64,000 bases of DNA, taken from the NCBI GenBank assembly GCA_963817385.1, contig CAWFOM010000004.1:1-64000 (forward strand), written 5' to 3'. The translations under genes and the position numbers were made by a program. This stretch comes from an uncultured delta proteobacterium. Its GTDB lineage: Bacteria; Desulfobacterota; Syntrophia; Syntrophales; UBA5619. Positions within the stretch are counted from its first letter, which is position 1; each line of letters opens with the position of its first letter. Below the pieces are notes generated by a model that ran no database searches, was not told the DNA's origin, and saw only the letters and a list, made by a program, of their open reading frames with translations. Below, one piece after another: positions 51,547 to 60,470 of this stretch.

Positions 51547-52242
51547 TCAGCTCCTGCGCCGATTGAGCAGCAACTTGCTCAGCCCGCAGACGAAGAGGAC
51601 AAAGAACACCATAACCGCGTACTCAACCCACTTGGGCGGGCTCAGCAGACCGAGGACCCACGGGTCGGTGATCATCATTTCGCCTCCGACCTTGCCGAGT
51701 ATGGCCGCACCGGCCCACAGGATGATCGGGTACCTGTCCATCAGTTTGGAGAGCATGTTGCTCATGAATACGACGAAGGGAATCGAGAGCGCCAGGCCGA
51801 AAAGCAGCAGGAACAGATTACCGTGGCTGGCGGCGCCGACGGCCAGCATGTTGTCGATGCCCATGCTCATGTCCGCCACGATGATGATCCAGAGCGCCTG
51901 CCAGATGCTTCCGCACTCCTTCTCCTGGCACTCCTCCTTGGCGCCCTCGGTGAGGAGCTTCACCGCGATCCAGATGATCACCGCCCCTCCGACAAGTTTG
52001 ATGAACTGCATGTTCAGCAGTTGGGCCACCAGAAACGTGCAGATCACCCGGATGACGACGGCGCCGCCCGCCCCCAGGGCGATCCCCCACAGGCGCTGTC
52101 TGCCCGGCAGGTTCTTGACCGCCATGGCGATGACCACGGCGTTGTCGCCGGCCAGTACCAGGTCGATAAAGACAATGCTCATCACCGCGGCGAAAAATTC
52201 CCACGTAAACGCTATTTGCCCCAACCAGCCCATGTCGATCAT
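51547..52242 (-). CDS. TerC family membrane protein (YjbE-like)
   Basis: IDLVLAGDNAVVIA, IIVADMSMGIDN. Confidence 0.92.
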   Translation of the reverse strand: MIDMGWLGQIAFTWEFFAAVMSIVFIDLVLAGDNAVVIAMAVKNLPGRQRLWGIALGAGGAVVIRVICTFLVAQLLNMQFIKLVGGAVIIWIAVKLLTEGAKEECQEKECGSIWQALWIIIVADMSMGIDNMLAVGAASHGNLFLLLFGLALSIPFVVFMSNMLSKLMDRYPIILWAGAAILGKVGGEMMITDPWVLGLLSPPKWVEYAVMVFFVLFVCGLSKLLLNRRRS

Positions 52243-52268
52243 AACCCCTCCTTCTGTTGCCGCGGGCT

Positions 52269-52316
52269 AAAAAAAACCTTTACCCACGGCATGGTTAAAA
52301 TGCGGTGAGTAAAGGT
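52269..52316 (-). terminator. Intrinsic terminator forming the riboswitch expression platform
   Basis: Minus strand ACCTTTACTCAC...GTGGGTAAAGGT followed by a T run; left arm overlaps the aptamer 3' strand. Confidence 0.75.
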
Positions 52317-52423
52317 CTTGCATATCTCGACTTTTCGTCGCGACGCCGCGCCCGGGTGGAATGCCCACCGTGTTGACGAAACGCGGCCCGGCGGTACCTC
52401 CGCCGGTTGCTACTCCCCCTTAC
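52311..52423 (-). promoter_or_regulatory. yybP-ykoY (Mn2+) riboswitch
   Basis: Minus strand AAGGGGGAGTAGC...CGTCAACA...GCAAGACCTTT upstream of a TerC gene. Confidence 0.88.
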
Positions 52424-52704
52424 AATGACTGTCATCCTTACAAAAAAGCCCGTGCACTGTCAAGGGCAATATCTGGCATTCGGCAATATTTTCTTGACAA
52501 ACGATTATCGCCAATCTACCATCGCCGCCAAAGTAACAGGCGGCGTTTGCAAGTGTCTTTTCGGCTTCCCCATACTCCCGCATCAGGAAAGCGTATACCG
52601 ATGATCTCCTGCAACGATTCACCAAGATCAACCCAACGTTGCCGTAACGGGGCAATATATTAAACGTCGGATCCGCCTTCGATAACGTATCGTAATTGTA
52701 AGAG

Positions 52705-54000
52705 GTGATGCAATTGGGTCAGACAATGACTGAACAAATATTTAGTAGAAAGAGCGGGAGAGCCGTATGCGCGGGGGAACTTTTGAATATTTCCGTAGAC
52801 GCCGTGATGATACATGATTTTAATGCCCCTCATGTACTGGAGGTTTTACAGACACTGAGGGAAAAACTGGGGGCATCAAAAACTTCCTTGGGGAAGAACC
52901 ATTCACCAAGAGTTTTAGGGGTTATCGACCATTTATGGCCTGCTCCAACGATCGATTCTGCCGTATCGCAGGAGATGTTCAGATCATTGGGTACGACTTA
53001 CGGATTTACCATGGCTCCGTTTGGCGATGGCATTTGTCATCACTTAATGTTGGAAATGGGCTTTGTAAAACCCGGAGATATTGCTATCGGGACCGATTCA
53101 CATAGCTGTACCTATGGGGCTTTTAATGCCTTCGGCACGGGTATGGGAGCAAGCGAAACGGCTGCTACCATTTATACCGGTCGGTGCTGGTTCAAGGTGC
53201 CAAAGTCCACGCTTGTCCGGCTGTCGGGACGGAGGCCTTCCTGGCTTGCGGCTATGGATATCAATCTGGCCCTGAACAAGATCCTCTCCAACGATGGGTG
53301 TCTCTATCAGACCCTTGAATATGCACCGGAAAACTTGGAACAATTTTCGATTGATGCCCGAATCACCCTGTGCAACATGGCGGTAGAACTGGGCGGTAAA
53401 TCGGCAATCATGCCGCGGGATCCATTATTGGAAAACTACCTGTCAAGGTTAGGGATCGATGATTTCGGCAATGGACCGGAATACGATCCTGCTGCAACGT
53501 ATGACCGGGTGGTGGAAATCAATCTTGAGGACCTGCTCCCGCAGATTGCCGTACCGCCAAACTTCCGATCTGTCCGTGATGTAAGGGAACTTGCGGGAAT
53601 GAAAGTGGATCAGATTGTGATCGGAGGGTGTACAAACGGACGGTTGGAAGATATGGCTGCTGCCTGTCGGATTCTCTCGCAAGGAAAGGTGTCCTCCCAC
53701 GTACGGCTTTTCATTTCTCCGGCAAGCCGTTCTGTCATGGTTGATATGACCAGGTTGGGGATGACGGAGATATTTCTGCGTCAGGGTGCAACGATATTAC
53801 CACCCGGTTGTGGTCCTTGCAGCGGCATGCACTTGGGAGTCATGGGCGACGGACAGATTGTCCTGTCGACGACCAACCGCAATAGTGCGGGCAGAATGGG
53901 TTCGAATACGGCTGATATCTATCTTGTTTCTCCGCTGACTGCCGCCGTTTCCGCTCTCCATGGAGAGGTCAGCGACCCGTGCAAGCAGGAGGGGGTGTGA
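52705..54000 (+). CDS. Aconitase-family dehydratase large subunit 1 (LeuC/HacA-like)
   Basis: IDH, GICH, TDSHS, CNMAVE, GGCTNGR, PGCGPC, STTNRN. Confidence 0.9.
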   Translation: MMQLGQTMTEQIFSRKSGRAVCAGELLNISVDAVMIHDFNAPHVLEVLQTLREKLGASKTSLGKNHSPRVLGVIDHLWPAPTIDSAVSQEMFRSLGTTYGFTMAPFGDGICHHLMLEMGFVKPGDIAIGTDSHSCTYGAFNAFGTGMGASETAATIYTGRCWFKVPKSTLVRLSGRRPSWLAAMDINLALNKILSNDGCLYQTLEYAPENLEQFSIDARITLCNMAVELGGKSAIMPRDPLLENYLSRLGIDDFGNGPEYDPAATYDRVVEINLEDLLPQIAVPPNFRSVRDVRELAGMKVDQIVIGGCTNGRLEDMAAACRILSQGKVSSHVRLFISPASRSVMVDMTRLGMTEIFLRQGATILPPGCGPCSGMHLGVMGDGQIVLSTTNRNSAGRMGSNTADIYLVSPLTAAVSALHGEVSDPCKQEGV

Positions 54001-54545
54001 TGAGGATGAATTCCGGCGCGAATTGGGAGGCGATAGAAGGTGTCTGCGTCAGGACCTGCGACAATGTAAGTGTTGATGATATCATTGCCAGCCATTATAT
54101 GAAGGATGCACGGTCAGCACAAAACATCGAGGAATTAAAGGAGCATTTTTTTGAATCGGTTGCGCCGGGAATCGGCAAAGACCTGGGGCCGCGCTCCATC
54201 ATTGTCGGAGGGAGAAATTTCGGCTGCGGTTCCAGCCGGGAACATGCAGTCAGGCTTCTCAAAGCCTTAGGCGTTCCGATTATCTTGGCAGAGTCTTTTG
54301 CCAGATCCTTCTACAGGAATTGCATTAATTTAGGTATGCCTGTTCTGGAGGGAAATCAGCTTCACCGGCTGGCCGGCGGGGAAGCGTTACGGGTAAACGT
54401 TCTGAGGGGTGAGGTCGATTATGGCGGCAATTCGGTTTTGAAGCTTACCGCTTTACCCTCATTCGTAAGAGAATTCGGTGAAGCGGGAGGACTCATCCCC
54501 TATATTTTAGCCCATGGGGACTACCCTTCGGTTAATGAGGATTAA
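54000..54545 (+). CDS. Aconitase-family dehydratase small subunit 1 (LeuD-like)
   Basis: GRNFGCGSSREHA, SFARSFYRNCINLG. Confidence 0.9.
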   Translation: MRMNSGANWEAIEGVCVRTCDNVSVDDIIASHYMKDARSAQNIEELKEHFFESVAPGIGKDLGPRSIIVGGRNFGCGSSREHAVRLLKALGVPIILAESFARSFYRNCINLGMPVLEGNQLHRLAGGEALRVNVLRGEVDYGGNSVLKLTALPSFVREFGEAGGLIPYILAHGDYPSVNED

Positions 54546-54547
54546 TA

Positions 54548-55753
54548 ATGAAGATGAATCTTACGGAAAAAATCCTTGCCGATCACAGCGGTCAAAAGCA
54601 GGTTTCCCCGGGTCAAATCGTGGATGCTTCGGTAGATTTGCTCATGATGCATGACCACAGTGCACCGCTGGCCATCCGCCAGTTTAGGGAACTCAATACC
54701 CATGTCTGGGATCCTGAGCGGATCGTTATCGTCATGGACCATCATTCGCCCTCCACCTCCCCTGCTGCGGCAAAACTGCACTATGACATGCGACGCTTTG
54801 CGGAAGAAGAGGGTATTCGGAACGTATTTGACGTCGGATCCGGTGTTTGCCATGTGATCCTAAGGGAAGAAGGCTTCATGAAGCCGGGAATCCTGATGGT
54901 CGGCGGGGATTCCCATACGGTAGCCGGGGGAAGTATGGGAGCGTTTGCTACCGGAATCGGCGCGACGGAGGTGGCCTCGGTTTTGGCTCTCGGCAGGATA
55001 TGGTTACGGGTGCCGGATTGTTACCGGTTAGAGGTGAAAGGAACGCTGGGGCCGACCGTTGACCACCGGGATTTAGCGTTGGCAATACTGGCCAAGTTTG
55101 GTCCCTTTGGCTTGAATTATCGGACACTGGAAATTACCGGAGAACTGTTAAAAGAGTTTTCATCGAACCAGAAGGGTACCCTGTGCACGGTTGGCGTAGA
55201 AATGGGGGCGAAAAGCACCATCATCGGGTCCGGCAAACCGGAAGGGAATTATGCCAAAGAGTTTGAAATGGATGTCTCAGCCCTTGTACCTCAAGTAGCC
55301 GTTCCCTCTCTCCCTACGAACGGCCGAGATATTCAAGAAGTCGAGGGGGTTAAGATTAATCAGGCGAATATTTCTTCCTGCGCAGGAGCGACGGTGGAGG
55401 ATATCAAGGCCGCGGCCCGGATTTTAGAGGGCAGACAAATCAAAAAGGGAGTGAGACTGATCGTGAGTCCTGCATCCCGAAAGACCTGGCTGGAAGCCGA
55501 TCAGGCAGGCTGGCTCTCAATTATTGCAAAAGCGGGCGGTGCGGTAAGCTCTCCCGCCTGCGGGGGGTGTGCCGCTTATGAAGTAGCGGCATTAGCTCCC
55601 GGCGAGGTGTGCATCAGTACCTCTCCGCGCAATATGGAGGGGCGAATGGGTCCCGGGGGCGTCATTTACCTGGGGTCGAGCGCAACAGTTGCCGCCGCCG
55701 CCGTGATGGGGGAGATTACGGACCCGCGAAAATTAGTAAAGGAAAAGAAGTAA
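54548..55753 (+). CDS. Aconitase-family dehydratase large subunit 2 (LeuC-like, variant motifs)
   Basis: TEKILA, MDH, GVCH, GDSHT, SSCAG, PACGGC, STSPRN. Confidence 0.9.
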   Translation: MKMNLTEKILADHSGQKQVSPGQIVDASVDLLMMHDHSAPLAIRQFRELNTHVWDPERIVIVMDHHSPSTSPAAAKLHYDMRRFAEEEGIRNVFDVGSGVCHVILREEGFMKPGILMVGGDSHTVAGGSMGAFATGIGATEVASVLALGRIWLRVPDCYRLEVKGTLGPTVDHRDLALAILAKFGPFGLNYRTLEITGELLKEFSSNQKGTLCTVGVEMGAKSTIIGSGKPEGNYAKEFEMDVSALVPQVAVPSLPTNGRDIQEVEGVKINQANISSCAGATVEDIKAAARILEGRQIKKGVRLIVSPASRKTWLEADQAGWLSIIAKAGGAVSSPACGGCAAYEVAALAPGEVCISTSPRNMEGRMGPGGVIYLGSSATVAAAAVMGEITDPRKLVKEKK

Positions 55754-55780
55754 TCCTACCACTGACGAGAGGATGGACTG

Positions 55781-56308
55781 ATGGCACGCGATATAAGCAA
55801 CACGGTTTTCAGCGGCAGGGCATGCCGCATAGGAGATAATGTGAGCACCGACCATATCTTTCCTTCCCGAAGGCTTACCGTCTTCGAGCCGCAGGAAACC
55901 GGGAAATATGCCCTGGAAGGGTACGGCAGTGAGTATCCCGGTAAAATTCAGCCGGGAGACATCCTGGTGGCAGGCGAGAATTTAGGATTCGGCTCAAGCA
56001 GGGAGCAAGCACCATGGGCCCTGAAAAGTGCCGGATTCCAGGCCGTGATTGCCAAGTCTTTTGCCAGGATTTTTTTCAGAAACTGTCTCAATGTGGGACT
56101 GCTGGCCCTGACTGCCCCTCAATTGCCGGATGAGGTATCAGACGGTTCCGTATTACAGGTGAACGTGAAAGAGGGTTGGGCTTTCGATACCGGCGAAAAG
56201 ATTCGTTTTCAATTGGAACCGCTGCCGGACTTCCTGCTGGAATATGTCCGGGCGGGGGGGTTAATCCCTTTTTTAAAATCCTTATCACGAAAGGAGCGGG
56301 CAAATTAA
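55781..56308 (+). CDS. Aconitase-family dehydratase small subunit 2 (LeuD-like)
   Basis: [24 protein letters not shown]. Confidence 0.9.
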   Translation: MARDISNTVFSGRACRIGDNVSTDHIFPSRRLTVFEPQETGKYALEGYGSEYPGKIQPGDILVAGENLGFGSSREQAPWALKSAGFQAVIAKSFARIFFRNCLNVGLLALTAPQLPDEVSDGSVLQVNVKEGWAFDTGEKIRFQLEPLPDFLLEYVRAGGLIPFLKSLSRKERAN

Positions 56309-56469
56309 CGCTGAGGCGGGTGTAATCCGTAAAGGGGGTGATGACGGCATATTCGTTTGAAGAAGGAGGGTACAGGTTTTGTACGGTGTTCTTTTACTGT
56401 CTTACTGTCCGGCCGCTGGTGGGCGATCCCTGCCGGCGACCCAGCCCAGCCATGGCATGGAGGAATAGA

Positions 56470-57451
56470 ATGAAGAATCTTGGTAAGCTGTCCGTGTTTT
56501 TTTTGGTTGTTTTGTTAGTCGCCTTCGGGGCGGGAAACGCCCTGGGCGCCGGTAAATACCCGGAAAAGCCAATTACCATAATCGTTCAAGCGGGTCCCGG
56601 CGGGGGGAGCGACATCTTCTCGCGCACCATTGCCTCCTCCAACGAGAAAGATAAGCTGCTTCCCCAGCCGATCGTGGTGGAGAACAAACCGGGCGGAGGC
56701 GGAAGCATCGCATTTGCGTATGTGGCCGGCAAGAAGAAGGATCCCTACTATCTCGTACCCGCGGTCGCAGCCTTCATTATCACACCGCTGATGGGCTTGT
56801 CCCCGGTTGGTCTAAAGGATTTCACCCCCATCGCCAACTTCGCCTTTGACGAATACATGCTGATGGTCGGCTCGAACTCGAAATACAAATCGATGAAGGA
56901 GATCATCGATTTTGCCAAGGCCAACCCGAAGAAGATCACGGTAGGCGGAGTACAGCTCGGTGCATCGGATTCCATCTGCGTCTACCTGATCGAAAAGGCG
57001 ATGGGCGTCCAGTTCAATTACGTCGTTTTTAATGGCGGCGGCGAAGTGAATGCGGCGCTGCTCGGCGGTCATATCGATATGGCGATCGCCAACCCCGGCG
57101 AAGCTCTGGAACTCTACAAGGCGGGCAAGGTCAAGCTTCTCGGCGTCTTTTCCGAGAAGCGTCTGGCGGGCGCCCCCGATGTCCCCACGATGAAGGAACA
57201 GGGGATCAATACCATTTATGTCCAGAACCGCGGCATCTGCGCCCCGGCGTGACATTCCGGAGGAGGCCCGTAAGACCCTGGAGCAGGCCTTCTTTAAATA
57301 CACAAAGACCGAAACCTTCAAGAAGTATATCAAGGACAACATGTTGACCGAAGCCTGGATGGACGGCGCTACCTTCGGGAAATTTCTCGACGAGTGGAGC
57401 GGCAAGTACGCCGTCATCCTCAAGGAGATGAACCTGATCAAGAAGAAGTAA
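56470..57451 (+). CDS. Tripartite tricarboxylate transporter binding protein, TctC/Bug (frameshift near 57250)
   Basis: YPEKPI, GGGSD, VENKPGGGG, ALLGGHID, VPTMKEQG; tail restored by comparison with the paralog at 58786. Confidence 0.9.
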
Positions 57452-57716
57452 GTTTGCGGGGACATGAACAACGGGCGGAGGCGCAACTTCTGCGCCCCCG
57501 CCCGCCATGCACCGTCTACCGGAACGCAGCACCGCAACGGGAACGGCGGCAACGAGTCGACCATTCATATAGGCTACGCCACGTTCTCTCCCCCCTTCCC
57601 TCTGCCGAGCAGGTTTCATCCGGCAGACCCGCGACTATCAATCCAAAACCTTTGACAGACGGTGCGTAATGTGGTTCAGTTATCTCGTTCGGAAGAGAAT
57701 AAGGAGGTAACATGAA

Positions 57717-58325
57717 ATGAACGGCAAAGTCCTTAAATTTGCGGCGGTGGCCTTTTTTCTCCATACTATTGTGGGCTGTGCAGTGTCGGGACCGCGCGTA
57801 GCTATTATTAATCCGCAACTGATTGATCAAAAGGAAGCGAAAGAAAACTTACTGCCCAAGTATTGTGATGTTGTTGTGAAGACTAACAGAATTGGTTTTG
57901 AATGGGCTACCGCGATATGCCGACAGATCCAAACCGGTGAATTGGCGTTAGCGGGGGTTAAATCATCGGAAAACGGTCGATACACCGTATTTATGTTTAA
58001 AGAAAAGGGAGAAGCAGCGTTATTTCAGGATAATCATGCGATTATTGCGTTTTATTTGAATCCAGGGTCGGAATTGATGCGGATGTGTGATCAGAGCGGT
58101 CTGTGCAATGTTTATATAAAAAATGGGCAGACGCGTTTCGGGCGTTCAAATATCCGCGTGAATGGAGAACCAACGGTAAATGACAATGGCATATCCGTAA
58201 AATTTAATGAGGACAGATCGTATGCATATGATCTGCTTTTTTCCTATGCGACCAGTATCAGCAAGGAGGGCGATGAACTCATTGCCATTTTTTTGAGTGC
58301 ATTCCCTTTTCTTTATTATGAATAA
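57717..58325 (+). CDS. Hypothetical lipoprotein (AT-rich)
   Basis: RBS AAGGAGG, lipobox IVGC, 202-aa ORF. Confidence 0.7.
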   Translation: MNGKVLKFAAVAFFLHTIVGCAVSGPRVAIINPQLIDQKEAKENLLPKYCDVVVKTNRIGFEWATAICRQIQTGELALAGVKSSENGRYTVFMFKEKGEAALFQDNHAIIAFYLNPGSELMRMCDQSGLCNVYIKNGQTRFGRSNIRVNGEPTVNDNGISVKFNEDRSYAYDLLFSYATSISKEGDELIAIFLSAFPFLYYE

Positions 58326-58785
58326 TAACCGGTAACCGGTTGTTCTTCTGCACCATAAGATTTCCATTCCAGGCGTTTGTCCATCCACCGGTACGAGAGT
58401 TTTGCGAAGATCCATTGTGAGAGAAACTTGTTGACATAAGATACGGCGCTTTGTATCTTCCCGTGGCGAAAAACGTGTTTATGCCAGTTCCACCTGACAT
58501 CCCTCTATGAGGGTCCTTGTGGATCACCTTCGGCCATGCCGTTGGTCTCCCAGCCCTACCAAATCCGGATCGAGCAGATCTATTGCCAGAGCGATGAGGG
58601 CCATCCTGATCATAACGGCAGTTTAACGCCGGATTGAAGAAGGTCAAAAAGGAGGTGATCAAGGCAGGATTCGGAGAACGGTGGCGGGTATCGGTTTTTT
58701 TTCAGATGTCCTTTTTTTATGTCCGGCTGGGGCTGGATTTTTCTTGAAGCCTGTCGGCGTATCGGAACGATAATGGAGGAAAAAA

Positions 58786-59766
58786 ATGAAAAACCTGTCC
58801 AAGTTATTCGTGTTATTCTTGATTGTGCCGTTGGTCGTCATCGAGGCGGGAAACGCCCTTGGCGCCGGCAGTTATCCCGAAAAGCCCATCACCTTGATCG
58901 TTCAGAGCAGCGCCGGCGGCGGCAGCGATATCTTCGCCCGGACTCTGGCTGCGGCCATCCAGAAGGAAAAACTGCTTCCCCAGCCGATCGTGGTGGAGAA
59001 CAAACCGGGCGGGAGCGGCGGCATCGCCTACGCGTATGTGGCCGGCAAGAAGAAGGACCCCTACTATATTCTCACGACCACCCCGTCCTTTCTGACCACG
59101 CCGCTTTTGGGGATGACGCCGGTCGGTCTCAAGGATTTCACCCCCATCGCCAATTTTGCCTTTGACGAATTCATGCTCATGGTCGGCACGGGTTCGAAGT
59201 TCAAATCGTTGAACGAGATCGTTGCCTTCGCCAAAGCCAATCCGAAGAAGATCACCATCGGCGGCACCCAGTTCGGCGGCTCTGATTCCATCGCCATCTA
59301 CCTCTTTGAAAAGGCGGCCGGCGTCAAGTTCAATTACATCGTCTTCAACAGCGGCGGGGAGGTTAATGCGGCGCTCCTCGGCGGTCATGTGGACATGGCA
59401 AGCACCAACCCCGGCGAAGCGCTGGAGCTCTACAACGCAGGCAAGGTCAAGATTCTCGGTGTGCTATCGGATAAACGCTTGGCCGGCGCCCCCGAGATCC
59501 CCACGATGAAAGAGCAGGGGATCAACGCCTTGTTCGTCCAGAACCGCGGGCTCACCGCCCCGGCCGACATCCCGGCGGATGCCCGCATGGTGCTTGAGCA
59601 GACCTTCTTCAAATACACGCAAACCGAGGTTTTCAAGAAATACTGCAAAGACAATATGCTGTCCGAAGCGTGGATGGGCGGCAGCGACTTTGGAAGGTTC
59701 CTTGAGGAATGGAAAGGTAAGTATGCCGTCATCCTCAATGACATGGGGGTAATGAAGAAGAAATGA
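58786..59766 (+). CDS. Tripartite tricarboxylate transporter binding protein, TctC/Bug
   Basis: YPEKPI, AGGGSD, VENKPGGSG, ALLGGHVD, IPTMKEQG. Confidence 0.93.
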   Translation: MKNLSKLFVLFLIVPLVVIEAGNALGAGSYPEKPITLIVQSSAGGGSDIFARTLAAAIQKEKLLPQPIVVENKPGGSGGIAYAYVAGKKKDPYYILTTTPSFLTTPLLGMTPVGLKDFTPIANFAFDEFMLMVGTGSKFKSLNEIVAFAKANPKKITIGGTQFGGSDSIAIYLFEKAAGVKFNYIVFNSGGEVNAALLGGHVDMASTNPGEALELYNAGKVKILGVLSDKRLAGAPEIPTMKEQGINALFVQNRGLTAPADIPADARMVLEQTFFKYTQTEVFKKYCKDNMLSEAWMGGSDFGRFLEEWKGKYAVILNDMGVMKKK

Positions 59767-59789
59767 CCATTATCCAGGGCAGGCGACGT

Positions 59790-59822
59790 GCAGGGGCGCA
59801 GACATCTGTGCCCCTGCTTTTG
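59790..59822 (+). terminator. Intrinsic terminator after tctC paralog 2
   Basis: GCAGGGGCGCAGA-CA-TCTGTGCCCCTGC then a short T run. Confidence 0.65.
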
Positions 59823-59890
59823 ATAAGCGGCGCTGACGTGCGAGAGAGCTGATGGCCCATGCCCCATAAATGATCGATGAGGAGTTGTAG

Positions 59891-60427
59891 ATGAAAGTAA
59901 TCGGAGTTCATATGGAGCGCTGCACGGGTTGCAAGACCTGTGAGCTGTACTGCGGAGCGGAGCGGGGGAGCGAGGCAAAGACGCTGCTTGCGGCGGTCCG
60001 GGAGACCCCGGCGCCCCAGCCGCGGGTGCGGGTGGAGGGGGGGCGGGAGGCCTGTTTTCCCCTGCAGTGCCGCCACTGCCTGCAGGCGCCGTGCCTCGAC
60101 GCCTGCCTGACCGGGGCGCTGATCCGTGATCCCGCAAGCGGGATGGTGATCATCCGGGAGGATCTCTGTATCGGGTGCTGGACCTGTACGGCCTTTTGCC
60201 CCTACGGGGTGATCAGCCCCTCCCCGGAGCGGAAGATCGCGATCAAGTGCGACCGGTGCCTGTACATGGAGAAGCCGGTCTGCGTCGACGTCTGTCCGAC
60301 GAAGGCGCTGGAGGTGGTCGAGATCGAGGCTCTCGAAGAGCTGCTCCGGGAGAAGCGGCGCAAAACCGCGCACGGGATGGCGGCGGCCGGGGGCGTTGGG
60401 TTGAGTCTTCTGGACCTGGGAAGATAA
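59891..60427 (+). CDS. 4x[4Fe-4S] electron-transfer protein (CooF-like)
   Basis: CTGCKTCELYC, CRHC..APCLDAC, CIGCWTCTAFCP, CDRC..PVCVDVCP. Confidence 0.88.
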   Translation: MKVIGVHMERCTGCKTCELYCGAERGSEAKTLLAAVRETPAPQPRVRVEGGREACFPLQCRHCLQAPCLDACLTGALIRDPASGMVIIREDLCIGCWTCTAFCPYGVISPSPERKIAIKCDRCLYMEKPVCVDVCPTKALEVVEIEALEELLREKRRKTAHGMAAAGGVGLSLLDLGR

Positions 60428-60470
60428 ACGAGCATACTAAAATCGAATAGTCGGGGAGTTAAAGAAGCTT

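Noticed and set aside
57244..57256. TGA in tctC1 as a second Sec codon
   Set aside because: The paralog shows APADIP here. The continuation is in another frame, so this is a +1 indel.
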